Notes under the pieces: generated by a model
Told to the model about the DNA's origin: nothing
Seen by the model: only the letters and a program-made list of their open reading frames with translations
The model's database searches: none
Program-made: the position numbers and the translations under genes
Shown here: piece after piece, positions 1-14,064 of the stretch
How positions within the stretch are numbered: the stretch's first letter is position 1
Layout: every line of letters begins with the position of its first letter
NCBI GenBank assembly: GCA_051362555.1
Contig: CM120643.1
Location: forward strand, 12,622,644-12,686,643
DNA from: Lingula anatina
Lineage: Eukaryota; Animalia; Brachiopoda
Direction: 5' to 3'
DNA: 64,000 nucleotides

Positions 1-1741
1 TAAACTGTCGAAGGTGGTGTGGGGGTTATGTAAATTTTGTTAAGTGTCAGTCATTTATGAGTCATTCATGTTTCGGAAAGAATGAAAACTGAGGAAATAC
101 AGTCGCTTAGTAGCCACGTGCCAAACTGTCGTGGGCGCCTTTTGTTATACTATATGACACACTGTCACAAAAAATGCATTGATGTTAATAAGCTTTCGTT
201 TTCATTGAGAATACTGCCGATGAAAACATTTTGCACTTCATGTTGCCTTTTGTTTGAAGTATTTACATACCTTTGTGTATAAAAACAAAAACAATCATGT
301 GACGGAAAACATACAGCTTTCATGGTTCAGAAATCATGTGAATTAACCATTTAATCTAATCAGCTGATTTATCACACGCCCGTGACTATGGAAGAGAGAT
401 TAAATTTTCCCCGTGGGTGGGGATATCAAAATGGGCTGCATCTGTGGTGCCTTTTTTTGGTTACACATGTATATCAACATATCGCTTCAGATACATCCAG
501 ACGGATATATTATCTCTTCAAAGATTTTTATATGTATATACGAGTGAATTAAGTATGCTAAAATAAAATTAAATTACATTACATTACATTACATTACATT
601 TTAAAAATAAAAAAGAACGCAGTGTAAAAAAAAACTCAAACACACTAAATCTAGACATAACATAAGGCGAGGAAAAGTATATAAAGATAAGAGATCGCGC
701 TTCATTTCATAAGTCTGCATCAACAGGCTGAGTACTTCACACGATTTTAGAGTATTATAGGTTAGGCTTTAGATAAGCCCGCTAAACTAAGAGAGCCGAA
801 ATATATCGTTTCCCTCCAAACCAGTCGTCCAATGTTCTTTCCCAGTAGTTGAAACATATTTCCCCAATAATACATTGCAATTTTCCTCACATGCAGTTTC
901 ACCGTCGTATGAAACATTAAAATGAATAGGCCCTATTGATCGAGTCAATAACCATACAGCGGTTTTAGACTGTATAAATATATCTTGCCGTCTGGTAGAC
1001 ATGCATGTATGTATGTATGTATGACCTATTTAAACGAAGTACTCTCACCTGTCTTTTAAAAACGTGCTGGCCCGATCATATAATAGCGGTTATCAGATGT
1101 TCACAGGCGAGGACGGTCTATATCAGGACTGTGCACCTCAGTCGAATAAAATGCATTGACCTTTGCGGTACCGGTCCAATCTTATGCGCGCAGGTGTGCT
1201 TTTTTAACTGGAAATTTTCTGCGTCTATTTTTAGTTCAGGTGACGCTGTCATTGTTTGCTTAGTTGTAGGCCTACTGACGCTGCGTACATCGAGTGCATC
1301 TATGAGATGTAGTGGGCGGTTTCTTTTCTTTTTTTTTCTTTTTCAAAATAAAGGGAGTTTGTGTCAATCGAAATGGTATATGGCAAATATTTTGCCACAA
1401 AATTTTGCGATCGAGAATCGTTATGTGACTTTAATATATCATTGAAAACAATAAGACTTTATTTTGTCGAATAACACATGGGAAATTATGCATGGAGGCT
1501 CAAGATGAGAAAACCAGTTAATACGGGAAGGGGAACTTAAACGGGAACCTAGTAATCTAGGAAAAGAAGGTTTGGGTACCGTTTCAAATAAAGGAGTGAA
1601 GTGAAATTATATTAACGTTGTGCATAAACAAGAAAGGGGCAATTAAAATCTGTTTTATGGAGCATTTCGCACCTATAAATCGCTAGCCATGCTTTTAAAA
1701 CACGGAATGGAGTATCCTTGTGTGAATGAGCTCGCACGGCA

Positions 1742-1746
<5 letters not shown>

Positions 1747-1779
<33 letters not shown>
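1747..1779. repeat. (GA)n microsatellite
   Basis: Read directly. Confidence 0.95.
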
Positions 1780-1782
<3 letters not shown>

Positions 1783-2437
1783 TTATGCGGTCTCGAGTTG
1801 TTACACACATTAATAAAGAGAAACAAATCATACTCAGTACAAAGGTTTTTTCTTTTATTGACTCTGGCTGTGGTATCAGCCATTCGGCATATGTTGCTAT
1901 AAATGGCATGTGCGTAGATCACAAATATAGAAAATGAGAAACAATTGACATTTGGCAACATCAGAACAGAAACATTATGAGTTCACTCAAAAATCCAATG
2001 CTTCGAATTCAGTCATAGATGACGGAGCATCTTTTGTAACGTCACACGGTGGGTTGATTCGTGTTGCAGTATAGTACAGTCGCGGTGACGTCACTTCATA
2101 CTCAGTGACGTCACAGTGGTGCACAGGAGCTGGCACTACAAAGAAGTGATTGGGTGGGAAAGCGTCGGCCATGTATCAAAAACATTAAAAAACAAGTGAA
2201 TTTACGTGGTGGGACTTCGCTCTCTAATATTTACTTGTTATCACTCTAGCGCTTTTAGCATAAACTTGTTGTTTTGTTGTTGTTTTAAGTAAACAATTAA
2301 AACATTTAAATATGAATACATGTAATCATTTTCTCAAGCAAAATTGTTTCTTTTGTTGACATGCACTCTACGTGGACAGAAACAGCTTTAAAAACTCAAT
2401 GATTTCACTACATGTCTACTGTTATGTTAAATGTCTC

Positions 2438-5400
2438 CTAAACAGCCGTTTTAGGTCTTATTCTGGTGGGTTTAAGTTTGATCACAGTCCTGCGTTGCCC
2501 AGCCGACCTAACCCTCCCAGATGGACCGTTTTCCGTTAATGAATCTCTCCTCTGTGAGAAATAAGTCTTCCCTGGGATAATAGCGTTTCTGCCTCGTGGT
2601 CTTCTCTTTCCCGTGCTTGGTCGTGGAGGGGGTAAATTGGGGTCGATACCGAGTTTGTTAAATTCCCCAACTAACGAGGCGCTAATGGGCGTCTGCGGTC
2701 TTAAATCCTTTGGTCGAAGAGACGCCTGCCCCCGACTATAGGTGGCGTTGCCAGACTTCGGTCGACCAAGGACGACGTTGTTTGCGTTGATGTATTTTGC
2801 CGTGTTTGGCCTGCTGCACGGGTTGCAAGATTTCGGTCGTTGAGAAAGAGACGGTTTCTCTCCGTTGCCCAATTGGCCGCTCGACCGGCTGTGCGACTCG
2901 TACAGACTGTTAGCACACTGCCCGTCACAGTCCTTCTGCCGGCAACTAATGCACACATCCATGGCGTTGCGCTTTGTCAAGCAATCTCCGACACATGCCG
3001 GCTGCACACAGTCCATAACACAGCGTCGATCTCGCGCCTTCGCAGATTGTACGCGTTGTACGGACGACATCCCTCGCGTAAGGTTCGTAACGCTATTCCT
3101 CTGTCTGGTGAGCTGGGACGCGTTCCTTTGATTTCTCTCCCTTTTCTCTTCCTCCCAGTCCTCCGTGTCGATTTGATGGCGTTCCATTTCAATGAGACGG
3201 TCTACCATATTTTCTTCGTATTTATGAGTCGGTCGTTTTTTCGTCATGTCCCTCCAGTCGAGCTTGTCATCCGAACCTTCTTCCCGAAATATCATTGTCT
3301 CTACCAGATCCCTCCAATCCATTTTCTCAAACCCACCAGTAAGCGGGTACTTGAAGTCGTAAACAGGAATATCCACGTTGTCAGCGTCAAAATCAAATTT
3401 ACTAATATCTCGCCTTCCGTCGGGTTCGTAAACAGAGTCTAAATGTTCGGGCCGAAGATTCATGGTCGGTGCTTTTCGGCTTTTATCGACGTCCGGTTCT
3501 TTTATCCGTTCGTCGTCCGAGTTGTCGCTGTCGCGTCCACTGGTGTCAATGCCGCTAGTATCATCCGGGTCTTTCATATCTTTAATCTTTGACCCGCCAA
3601 CGCCTAAAACTTGGAATGATTTTTCTCCATAAAATGGAGGAGATCTTTTGGCAGTTTCGTTTCCTAGTTCGTACATAACATTCGGAGTAAGTCTATCGTA
3701 AGCGTTGGTGGAGGTTTCCCCCATGTGCTGAACTGACTGTGAGATCGTAAGTGGCGCTGACTGAGCGCGTCTTCTCGCCCTGAGTCCCTGAGTTTTTTGA
3801 AAACGAGACGCTGGTCGTCTGAAAAAGAAAGTTTGCTTATTCAATAATGTGTATATACGGCAGACTGATCATAACTTAATGACATGAAAAACTTATCAAC
3901 TTTCTTTCCCAACAAAAATCATTACATTTTACTGAGTGAAAGACTGTTACTATTGTGTGGAATTTTTTAATAACAGGGAAGAAGCAGTGTGGTGCAATAA
4001 GGTCATTTTCTTCATCTCTTCATTTATAGGAGGTGTTTGGGAATGTTTTAATCCTACCGTAAAAAGCATGCGGCTGAGTGTGCAATATTTTAATACAGAA
4101 GCTTTTATAGGTGTGCAATACATACAACTATGACAAATTCAGTGAGTCTAAAAAAGAAAACAAGAAGAACCCATCTGAATGACAAACCGACTAGGCCTAC
4201 TTCATCAAAATAATATAAAAAAAACATGCATTGATTTGAAAAGAATGAAAGCAAACAAATGTAAATCACGTCAACAGAATAAATCTGATTGTTTGAAATA
4301 ATATTAGAAAGGAATCAAAATTATTCAGAATCCTGAAAAAGAAATTAATATTGTCCCCAAGCAATATTCAATCAAAACCACAATATAAAGCACCGGATTA
4401 AAGCACTCTGCATCCTGCAAACAAAAGGTACACAGCAAAGGTGAACACGAGAGATATAAATAAGCCAATCATACACAGCATTTAGTGTCATGTGATCAGT
4501 TTCCATGGCGTCATCCTGTCTATCGGCGTGAAGAGACTTTGTGATCGGCAGATTGTCAAACAAAAGTTGTGCTTCGCGGAATGACCGCCTTTTCACGGGA
4601 GAAGGAACACGTGAGCAACCTTTCGGTGGCTGTCTGAAAAGTGAGGTGAAATTCAAAGAAACGCAATCGTGAAAACTTTGAGTTGTGCACGTGCCATTCA
4701 AATCCCTGCCAGTGTCTGACAATGTGTTCCAATTTCAATGCATCCAATAAATAATTATTCAAGCAAATTCCTTATTTTCTTACATGAAAATAAATTGGGC
4801 ATCACTTTTTAATGCAAATATGGCACTTTAAACAACTGTGTTAGTATTCTTGATACGGTTTGTTATAACAAATAGTGCACAATAAAAGCACATTGTGTAG
4901 GCTACGCCATTCCAGTAAACTCTTACAAACTTCTCAAATAAATATCACCACCGAAAATTTTACTAAAAACATCCTATTAAGTCCACTTGTGTTGGTCAGG
5001 CTCGCTGATGTGCATGTGTAATGCTCAAAAGAAAATAAAAACAATCCAATTGCATAACATTTCTACTGTATACATACAATAATAAAACAAACGTTCCGTA
5101 TACTTACTTATGGCAGTCTACCACACCGTCAGCCTCCACTGCCGTCTCCACGACATAACTAACTGGGCGACATCGCAAGTACGGGGCGTCTCGAGGGTCC
5201 TCGCGCTGGTACGGCACCCACTTCTTGTTCTTAAATGCTTTGAGGCTGGCAGCTAGCTGGCTACGGTAGACAAGCGGCACATTTTCACCGTAGGAATTGC
5301 AGTAAAAACGCTGAAACCGAGAAAAGAATATCGTGAATACCTCTTTGAACAATTGGGGTTACAATACGCCTACACCTAGGTTAAGTCACCTGCAAGCTGC

Positions 5401-8400
5401 CAGTGTGAAAAACGGTGCAATTTGCTTGATCTTACCTTTTCTACTTAAGCTGCATGTAGTCGCCTTGGCTGAGTCCTCCCTCTCTCTCTCTCTCTGTCTC
5501 TCTCTCTCTCAAATACACTGGGTAAAACACACACTCATTATCCCTAAAAGCACTTGTCACAGTATGGCGTCTATCACCCGGTAAGTGATACAGTTCTGTA
5601 CTTTGAAGTCACACTGCACAGGGCAAAGTCGTAATAAGATCTAAGATGATGAGCTACACCGTGGGATCGATAGGTCTTGCTTGCATACGTCTCTATATTA
5701 TGTCTTGAAAAGATCAATAGTTTTCCCTGAGGGACGTTGAAATATCTCCAAGTACCTTTTGTGTTTCGAAATATCTCCAAGTACCTTTTGTGTTTCGTTT
5801 TAACCACGGTCCACTGGTGATTGGTTTATAATTAATATTAAGAACGGTTAATGACGAGGGATCTCCATCTAAACCAACTGAGAATTACTTGGAGATGTAA
5901 AAAGTCTGTGAGGGGGAGATAAGAGGAAGAGGTTTAAGCTACCATGCTAGAGCACCCTGGTTTTTTGAGATCACTGGAAACGAGAGTCGTGCTGTTTATA
6001 GAGGGGCGAGTTCCCAGTGACCGCTGACACTCAGGGTGCTAGCGTGGCTGCTGCTTTAATTCAGAGGAGTCAGAGACATGGAGTCAAATTTCAGAAGTAT
6101 AACGAGTATACAAATATCTCAAAAATCCTTACTACAAATGTCAGAAGTATAGGCCTAACGAGTATTCAGATATCTTAAAAATTACATTTGCTCTTCTCAA
6201 TCCTTTACACTGATTTCGTGTCTTTTGTGACCAGAAGTGGATAGTCCAGGGCTTAAGTAATGTGTACTACAGTTTCAGACAAGTGAGATAAGCGATTTGT
6301 ACCATGTCAGGTATTTTCTGGTAGAAAGTTTCTGCGCTGTTGGTCACCTTTGTACGACAATGCACGTGAATGCACAGGTAATATACTAATTGGTATCCGT
6401 GACTCGGTTTAATGCTCCTCTCCTCCGAATCAATACCAATAATAGCTCTACGAAAACAACTACGACAGGCCTACAAAACCAACATTGACCAAACAAGTTG
6501 TGCACTGGAAAGCTGTGTGCAAAAGACCGTGATATCATCCTCACCAATACTATACTACATACAGCAGACGGTGGGCCTACAACGCAGACAATGTAGTAGG
6601 ACTCAAGAAAAACGTATGAGGTCATTTCCCAAAAAGCACCCAGACACGGATTGGTCCTCTGTGTTTAAACTCATATATAACATTACCCATCGCCTTACTT
6701 TTTAAGTTGCTTATGTGCTTTGAATTGGACCAGTGTCGGCACATTAAATCAAGTGTGTTAAAACGGAACTGGGTTAACGTAAAAATGATTAGATGAACCC
6801 CTTTAGTTACAACTGCCATTCAACACGATTTTAAGATTTACCTGCATATTGGCAGCTAGTGACTCGAGGTCGATATATCTGATTCAGTCGATTTCTTAAA
6901 ATATCCGGATTTTTGAGAAAATTTTAGTTTTAATCGGAGCTTACCTGCCAGCTTGTCTCCCATTGCCAAGTAGCCATGATGTTCTTGGCGACAATTTTAT
7001 TTTGGGGGAAACGGAGAAGAACATATTAATTTAAAATTCAGCATTACTATAACAAAGAGTTTTGTCATTTCTATTGACATTATGAGCAATTAGAAGTACT
7101 CAAGACTGGTAACTGATTTGAAAGAAATTAATGTTTTAGAACAAGAAATGTAAGTTGAATTCCCCCTACTCCTTCCCCCAAAAGAATACATCGCTATTTA
7201 TTTTTACCCACAATTCCTTCAGTGGGTCGAGCCTGTGTACATATTATGTTTGTTCAGTAATCTAAACAATTTTTCACCGCTACCACAACAATATCCCTCT
7301 CGGGCAGCAAATAGGCGCTTTCACATGTTTCGCTTCGAACAATTGCAAAACCAACACATTTGAAACGTTTATACACCATGGGGACATTATTGGCCGATGT
7401 CTCCAACGCTTCGTTTAATCGCTCTAAACACTCTAAAGCCGCAAGTTCAGGCGAAAATAATACAAGTCTCTTATTCATGATTCGGGGCACAGTTTTGATA
7501 ATTGTCTTAATAAAAGAAAGAGGTTAAAGCCTTCACATTTTAGTGCTTTTTAATTTCCTTGGCGGCTAACCCTATTTCGCTTTGATGAAAGCCAAGCATC
7601 GAACACGTCAGTCTCCTGTGCAAATTCAACGAAACATGCTCCTTCAAAGATTAATGGAGTCTTTAATTTACCCAATGGCTTATGGATTCTATATGTTATA
7701 TTATTAAGCACGTTTGCACATGGATTTTGGCCGGGCAATATATCACACAACACACGGTAAACTCGCTGTTTTATTGGGGATCGATAACAGAATTACATAG
7801 TAACAGCATACAACAAGGGGTAGTGCCCGCCTATGCCAGCGTCTCCCAGCTCGTGAAATTTGGCTCTTAACAACAAAGTGTGGATACGTTTTTAATGCCT
7901 TTAAAACAGTATTCTTTAAAAATGGCATATTTGAATTGAGCATAAAGGAGGAATAAATCACGACACAAAAAGCAACAGGGGGACATCCAAGCCCGTTTTA
8001 TGACAAAACCGCACGTCGTTCCTCGAACCAGCACGGTTGAAGTGGTGATTATTAAAATGCTAAGATCTTTGCACCCGTCATACATGTAGAATAGGTCCAA
8101 GCTTAGATCTATCATTAACAATAGGATAGCAATTGAGAACAAAGGGTACCAATTGCCAACAAGGCATTAGGCACTGTGAATGCGTGGAGACGTCTGGAGT
8201 AAGCTTAATAATTCAACAGTTTTACTGTAGCAGTTGTGTAATATTTTCTAGAAAAAAATACCTATCCAAAAAGGGGACGTATGTACTGGTCTCATAATCG
8301 AACTCATGAACCTGCAATCTGTCATGGTCTGTTTATCTCAATACTGAAGTAATTCTCTACATGTATGGAGTCACACAGCACGTGGACTTTCTAGTTTATT

Positions 8401-11400
8401 GACACATTGTTTAAAAACAAAATCACTAATATCCGCTGAAAGTTCGTTGAGTTATAGACCTAATATTCGTATGGTTGCGAAAACGGTCATGTTCCCAGTT
8501 GAAGTCCAGTTCTGGATCTTGACCATCACGTATTTACATGTACGTCACGCTAATTCTAACCTGTATGAATCCAATAGTACACTCTGTTACATGGAACCTC
8601 AGTTTCCTGATACTGGCCCAGAAAATTACTTGTAAGCTAGTTGCCTATCACGCCATTACTCTTTTCCGACTTATAATAATAAAATTTTCGAACCAACGCA
8701 AATAATTTCATTGCAATCAAAAAGCTTACCTTAAATCCGACTCCTCTGAATTTGTCTTCAGCGCCGTTGCTGCCTCCAACTTGTTCCGATAGTCTCCGGT
8801 ACTCTGACTGTGGAGAAAGAAAAAATACATATCTTACAATACTACCACGCATATGCTGCCTTGGCTAATATATTATTAAAATAATAAGCGCCTTGTTAGA
8901 TATCATATTTGGTTGTATTCCTGACACTATTTTTTTAGTTGCAGTAACATATATACTAGTGTCTATAGCAGCTTACGTAGATAATTCACTGTCTGTCTTG
9001 TATCTTTGACACAAGTTACACACCGAGATTCGTACCATAGCATCAACTGAATTCCCAACCTATAGCCCAAAAGGTACGTGCAAATAATCCGTTTTGCTTA
9101 AAAAAGGCAAGAAGACGGCACGCTCTTTAAGTCCTGCCTCCACTACCGGATATAAAGAACTATGATTTAGGCTCTTCTTTTATTTCTACCTAAAACACGC
9201 CATCAATTTTTGCTTTGTCTCAACAAAGACGTCAAACCCCGTGGGATCCATTACTCTCGCAACACAAAGCCATCCCGGCTGCATTCAATTAAAAACCTGG
9301 CTTTCAAAGGCAGCCTGATCAATCGACATCATATTACATTTCTGAAGTCGAGTGAAAAGCAGCGGAAAAAGCTAAATCAAAGTCATCATTTCATATTTTC
9401 CGTCTGTCAGCTGATGAATATCCTGCCTACTTACCAATCTTGGTGTTTCCTACGAGTGGAAACCAAGCTAAATGTTACACAAATCTAAGTGCAGCGTTCC
9501 CAATGTAAATGTTGCCAAAGTCCACTCTGACTGCCCGGTAATTTTCATAGAAAGAGTATTATTTGTACGAGGATTGTACCGTTCAATGATCTGTTTGATT
9601 CACAGTAACTGATAACGTAAAGAATTCCCGTAGTGGTACTACATATTGTGTACATCCATGCCTTTCGAGTACGAATGCAATACTCTTGACAATTTTGATA
9701 GAAAAACAAGCATGTGGACACGACGTCTCAGTATATTACATTCAAATCAACAGACAGAGAACAACGCCACAGAAAACGAGCTCCAATAATGATTGCAAAG
9801 TACGTCAACTCTCCTAGGTGAAATAATCGGTTTTGAGCTTGGTTTAGACTGCACGGGCATTAGTCGTAATATTTTTGTCTTGTAATCCCAAATCGATGCT
9901 GGGCAAGTATTCCGGTCCTTTTTACGATCGAATTTTGTATCCCGTTTTGTATCTAAGCCTCTGAAGAGAAATACGTGAAGCGAAAAAGGAAGAAGCATGG
10001 AAGACAAAAAGGCAAAAAAAAGGAAGCATAAGAAGATTAAGATCAATATCTACAAAACAACGGGTAAAAATAGTGCAAGAAACACAAAAGATATTAGAAC
10101 ACCGACGAGCAGAAAAACAAATTGTTCGTTACAATTTACAGTATCAATCCAATCCGAAGAAATCGAGAAATTGTAAAAAATATATACAAGGCTAGACTTT
10201 TTTCGGATCAATTTTAGCGGCTATCCTGTTATAACCATTCAGGAACTGCAGAGATCGCTAGCTCTGAATTTACCCCAATATCGTGGACACTCACACTTTT
10301 GTATACCGATGAGACAGGAATCGTACTCTTAGGAATGGAGTCTGGGGTCCAATATCTGATATGATAAGTTCAGGTTAGAATTAGTCGTTCTATTGGTGTT
10401 ATGTTATGGGACGCATGTCACATGTACAAAGTAATGAGGAACGGACCTACGGTTCCAAGCGGACTACCATTCCTGTCACATCGGTATTGTCTACGTGTTC
10501 AGACTCACCTGAGTCAGTTTTAAGTTTGCTGGATCTGAAAACAAAGAAAAAAAGAATTGTTATTCCTGCGTACAAGTGATGTCTTTACGCAAGACAATGG
10601 AAATAATAAGTTTGGCTTTTACAAATAGTTTTGTTGTGTTGTGCAAATATAGCGCATTAGTCAATAATTCAGTAAATAAAAGTTCGATGACCAACCTAAA
10701 GGGTCTTATTTTAATTAAATGATATTGTTTAAATACGTACTAACATACATAGAATCGATTTTGACACCAATGTGCTACATGCTTAAGGATGCAGACTAAG
10801 CTATATGTTGAAAAATTGTGACTGTGTCTCAAATCCCCACCCTAAATTTCAGAGGACGGTGGAAAGGACAAATCTCTACTTCATTGCATAGCAATTTCTC
10901 TGCCATTTCCAGAACAATGTTGACAGGCGGAGGCGAGTTACCAGTGTCTTTTTGTAAAATTCTGGGTGAAAAACCTATACCCTACTTTGATGGGTATGGT
11001 ATGCTGTCAGATTGATTTAATTTATGATAAGCTGTGAACTACTGAAAGATTGGATCCAATTTGTGAGGAGAAAACTATTTTAGTTGGTCGATGGCAGGCT
11101 GAAAGACATATAAATGCTTATTGAACAGAGGTGCAGGTTCCAGGTTTCATAAAAGGTGTTTAAATGCTTATCCCCCTTCAAGTTATCCTTTTATCCTTTT
11201 TTTTTTCATTTTTAGAACCGTCTTAGTATCTTTAAACATGGTAACAATATTCAGTTTCAATCTATATTTGGGAAATAAGGACCATCATAAGTAGTGTTAT
11301 TAAACTTTGTTTCACACCTGTTTCTTAAACTGTGATTTCTATTCATGTAAATCAGCAAATAACACTCCGGAAGAAGACTGCAACGCTTTAAGTGCTGTCG

Positions 11401-12721
11401 TTACGGCGTATCTCAGATATCTAAACTTGAAGAGGTGGACTAATTTAATGCGCGAGCAAAATCAACAGAAACGAGGGGTCTTCATATAGACTCTGTACAA
11501 TCTCTATAGACACTGCTATCAGCTGACACAAAGATCGTTTTGACAGACACAGCGTTATTAGCATGGAATGATTTTATCACAGTGGAGGGATAAATTAAAA
11601 AGGACATTAAAAAAGAAGGTTTCCCGAACGAAAACCCAGTAGATACTCCAGCGCAGTAGACTACTGCAATCATACTTCAAACATGCCTCAAATCTACTTC
11701 GATTTGGGAGCTAATTAGCATATTTGAAACATGCTTCTATCATGCTGCTAATCTACTTCATTAATGCTCCTCTGTACAAACCTATGTACTTTTTGGAGTA
11801 GAATTGCGGTAGGCTATACTGCATTTCTACTGCAAATATGCTCCACTTACACCACTACTGCGTTAATGCTTCTTTGCTACTTCGATACTACTGCATTTTC
11901 GTGCTGGTTAGTTGATGGTATTTTTCATCATTCTGACATGCTATTTTATTTTTATCTTTCTTTAAATTATTCTACAAGTATTTATTATTATCATCATTAT
12001 TATTATTATAAACATTGGTCTCTGCTTTACCAAAGGTAATGAGAAGAAGTGACAGGCGAAGAAAACTTGGCACGTGCACCTTTACGCGCCCGTGCATTTA
12101 TCTTTGTATGCGTGCATGTGACAAGAAATTACACGACATTGATAATGGCATCTGAATTACGATAACATCCCTCGTTATAATGGTGTAAGCACTGCAGCAC
12201 TCACCTAACTCCAACTTATTCACTGGAACAGGCACTTTGTCCTCGTCCTCCTCGTCGTCACCAAGAGCAAACTTCACTTTGTATCTCTTCGACCTCTGAC
12301 ACTGGTCATCGTTCAGGCCTGGGCTGGGGTCCAGCCCGTCTTGCTGGAGGGGGTAGTGCTGGCTAGCAATGTCGTCTGCTTCATTCCCGAGTTGTAAACT
12401 GCCGCGTCTCTTCCCTCGCAGTAACTCCCCGACATCTTGCACCCTGTAATTTTTGGACATGCGATAAAGAGTTAAAAGTGGATTATTTTGATATTCAAAC
12501 CGTCCTGCGTTTTGGAATTTTCTGCGTTCTGTCAAGCGTTTGTTTTTATCAGGAAGAAACTGAGACGACATCGCCTGTAAATTTTGTTGGTGCGTCTCCA
12601 ACCACTCGTTACTATTGAGGACAAGCTCGTCCAAGTCTATCGCCATTTCCCCCTCGTGCCGTGTGCGGGTTTGGAAGCCAGAATATCGATACGCTGTGGT
12701 CATTTTGACACTAGGGGTCAT
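2438..12721 (-). CDS. 5-exon gene, about 734 aa, FAM217-like domain protein with Cys-rich module and basic/Pro-rich C-terminus
   Basis: Exons in transcription order: 12721-12205, 10534-10509, 8807-8730, 5310-5108, 3818-2438. All introns are GT-AG with consistent phases (1,0,0,2), total 2205 nt including stop. The last exon has SDNSDDERI..PTMNLRPEHLDSVY..FEKMDWRDL..VDRLIEMERHQIDT, resembling the recalled FAM217B core (SDLSDSERI..PDLNLRAEEIDPVY..SSWDLRDM..IDRLIQLEWLQVQT). The exon structure is better supported than the family call. Confidence 0.75.
5739..5797. repeat. Perfect 29-bp tandem duplication
   Basis: GAAATATCTCCAAGTACCTTTTGTGTTTC x2. Confidence 0.9.
6945..6977 (-). CDS. Candidate alternative first coding exon (MATWQWETSWQ) of the FAM217-like gene
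   Basis: ATG in atcATGg context, 33 nt, followed by a strong CAG|GTAAGC donor in phase 0, which is compatible with the phase-0 acceptor at 5310. Confidence 0.45.
11635..11908. mobile_element. Possible degenerate EnSpm/CACTA-like MITE with short internal repeats
   Basis: Begins CCCAG and ends GCTGGT, with reiterated ATGC(T/C)..CTACTTC and CTACTGC units inside. The TIR match is short and imperfect. Confidence 0.35.
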
Positions 12722-14064
12722 TGGTCACGGCGGAGAACGAGTGTCACGACAATCGTCACCGATCACGGTCACCCATGCGTCAGTTGGCACGATTAATATT
12801 TAATTTCGTTGACGATACCGGTTAATCTCCCAAGCTGCGTTGCTTATGTTCTAACTTAAAAAGTCTACGCGATGAGTTGTAACTTAATCCGCGTTCAAGT
12901 CCTCATTGTGAAGCCCGCAGTGACAGCTATCTCCTTGTATGTCCTTAACAACGTTCAACAAGACACATCCTATCCTAATATACAACTCCTCGAGTTATAT
13001 TGATCGCACTCCTACTAAAAGGCTCGGGGTCCCTGCTGTCAATATTTCTACATGAACCATGTTTGTGTACACAATCGCGTAAAATACGGGCAACAATGCA
13101 TTGTTTGCTATTTACACGCTCCCCTCTCCATAATGATCGGATCGTTAATGAAAGCATGCCGTTTCACATTAGTTAGCTTTGTTGGTTGGCTTTTGTGTAT
13201 TTATAAATTCACTTACCCGAATCTTTTCGATGCTCGATAAGGGAGGGAAGAATTAACTGTGTTTAGACTCGGTGCGGTCCATAACTTTTTGTAGATGGTA
13301 CTCAGTAAACCGTTATGCCCCTCCATTCACTCGAGCTCGGCATTCAACCCCGTGTTACTTCTTTTATGACAAGTCAGACGCCATATTGTAGTATTACCCC
13401 ATACGTTATTTCAATTTTCTCGTCGGTTCTTTTGCTCCTGTTGTACTGCTCAACATTTGGTGCATTTGGGTCAGCGAGTCCTCTAGAGAACCGCTGAATT
13501 AGTTTTCGGGAATTTAATGCTGGCAAGAGCTCTCTTGCGGGTCCAAAGGCGAACTTGAAAATTTAAACCCTCGCTGCGATGGGCGCTATTATACGGACTA
13601 TACGGGTAGGACGTGTCTTGAATTATAAGGAATCAAACTGTCAAACTAACAATACCGACATATAAATTGGCCCATAAAAGTATTAGGGTACTAAGCCCTT
13701 CCCTTGGTGACCTATTCAAATGAACACTTGCTTAGATGATGCAAAAGACATATCACCTAATAAAACGTCGCTGTAAGCAGCCCTTGACAAGGCATGAGCT
13801 ACTGAATGATAAATCGAACAACATGATCGAAGTTGCCTTTATCCGATGAAATTTAATAAGTCTCGGTGTTGTATCGACTTCTGGGACAAGATGTTATTAC
13901 AACCTCCTGTTCAAACAAACGACAAATCTATCTCAACCGATGTATTGGTAACAAGAGAGCAAAAGATTCGTGAATTACTGATAGTATTACGATGGAGACG
14001 CAACCTGATCACAGGGCACTTCTTTTCGTTTAAACTCTCATTTTCGTTCCATCACAACCCCCTG

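Noticed and set aside
2840-3442. 200-aa plus-strand ORF and other ORFs overlapping the 2438-3818 exon
   Set aside because: Antisense or alternate-frame shadows of a real coding exon, with no recognisable motifs.
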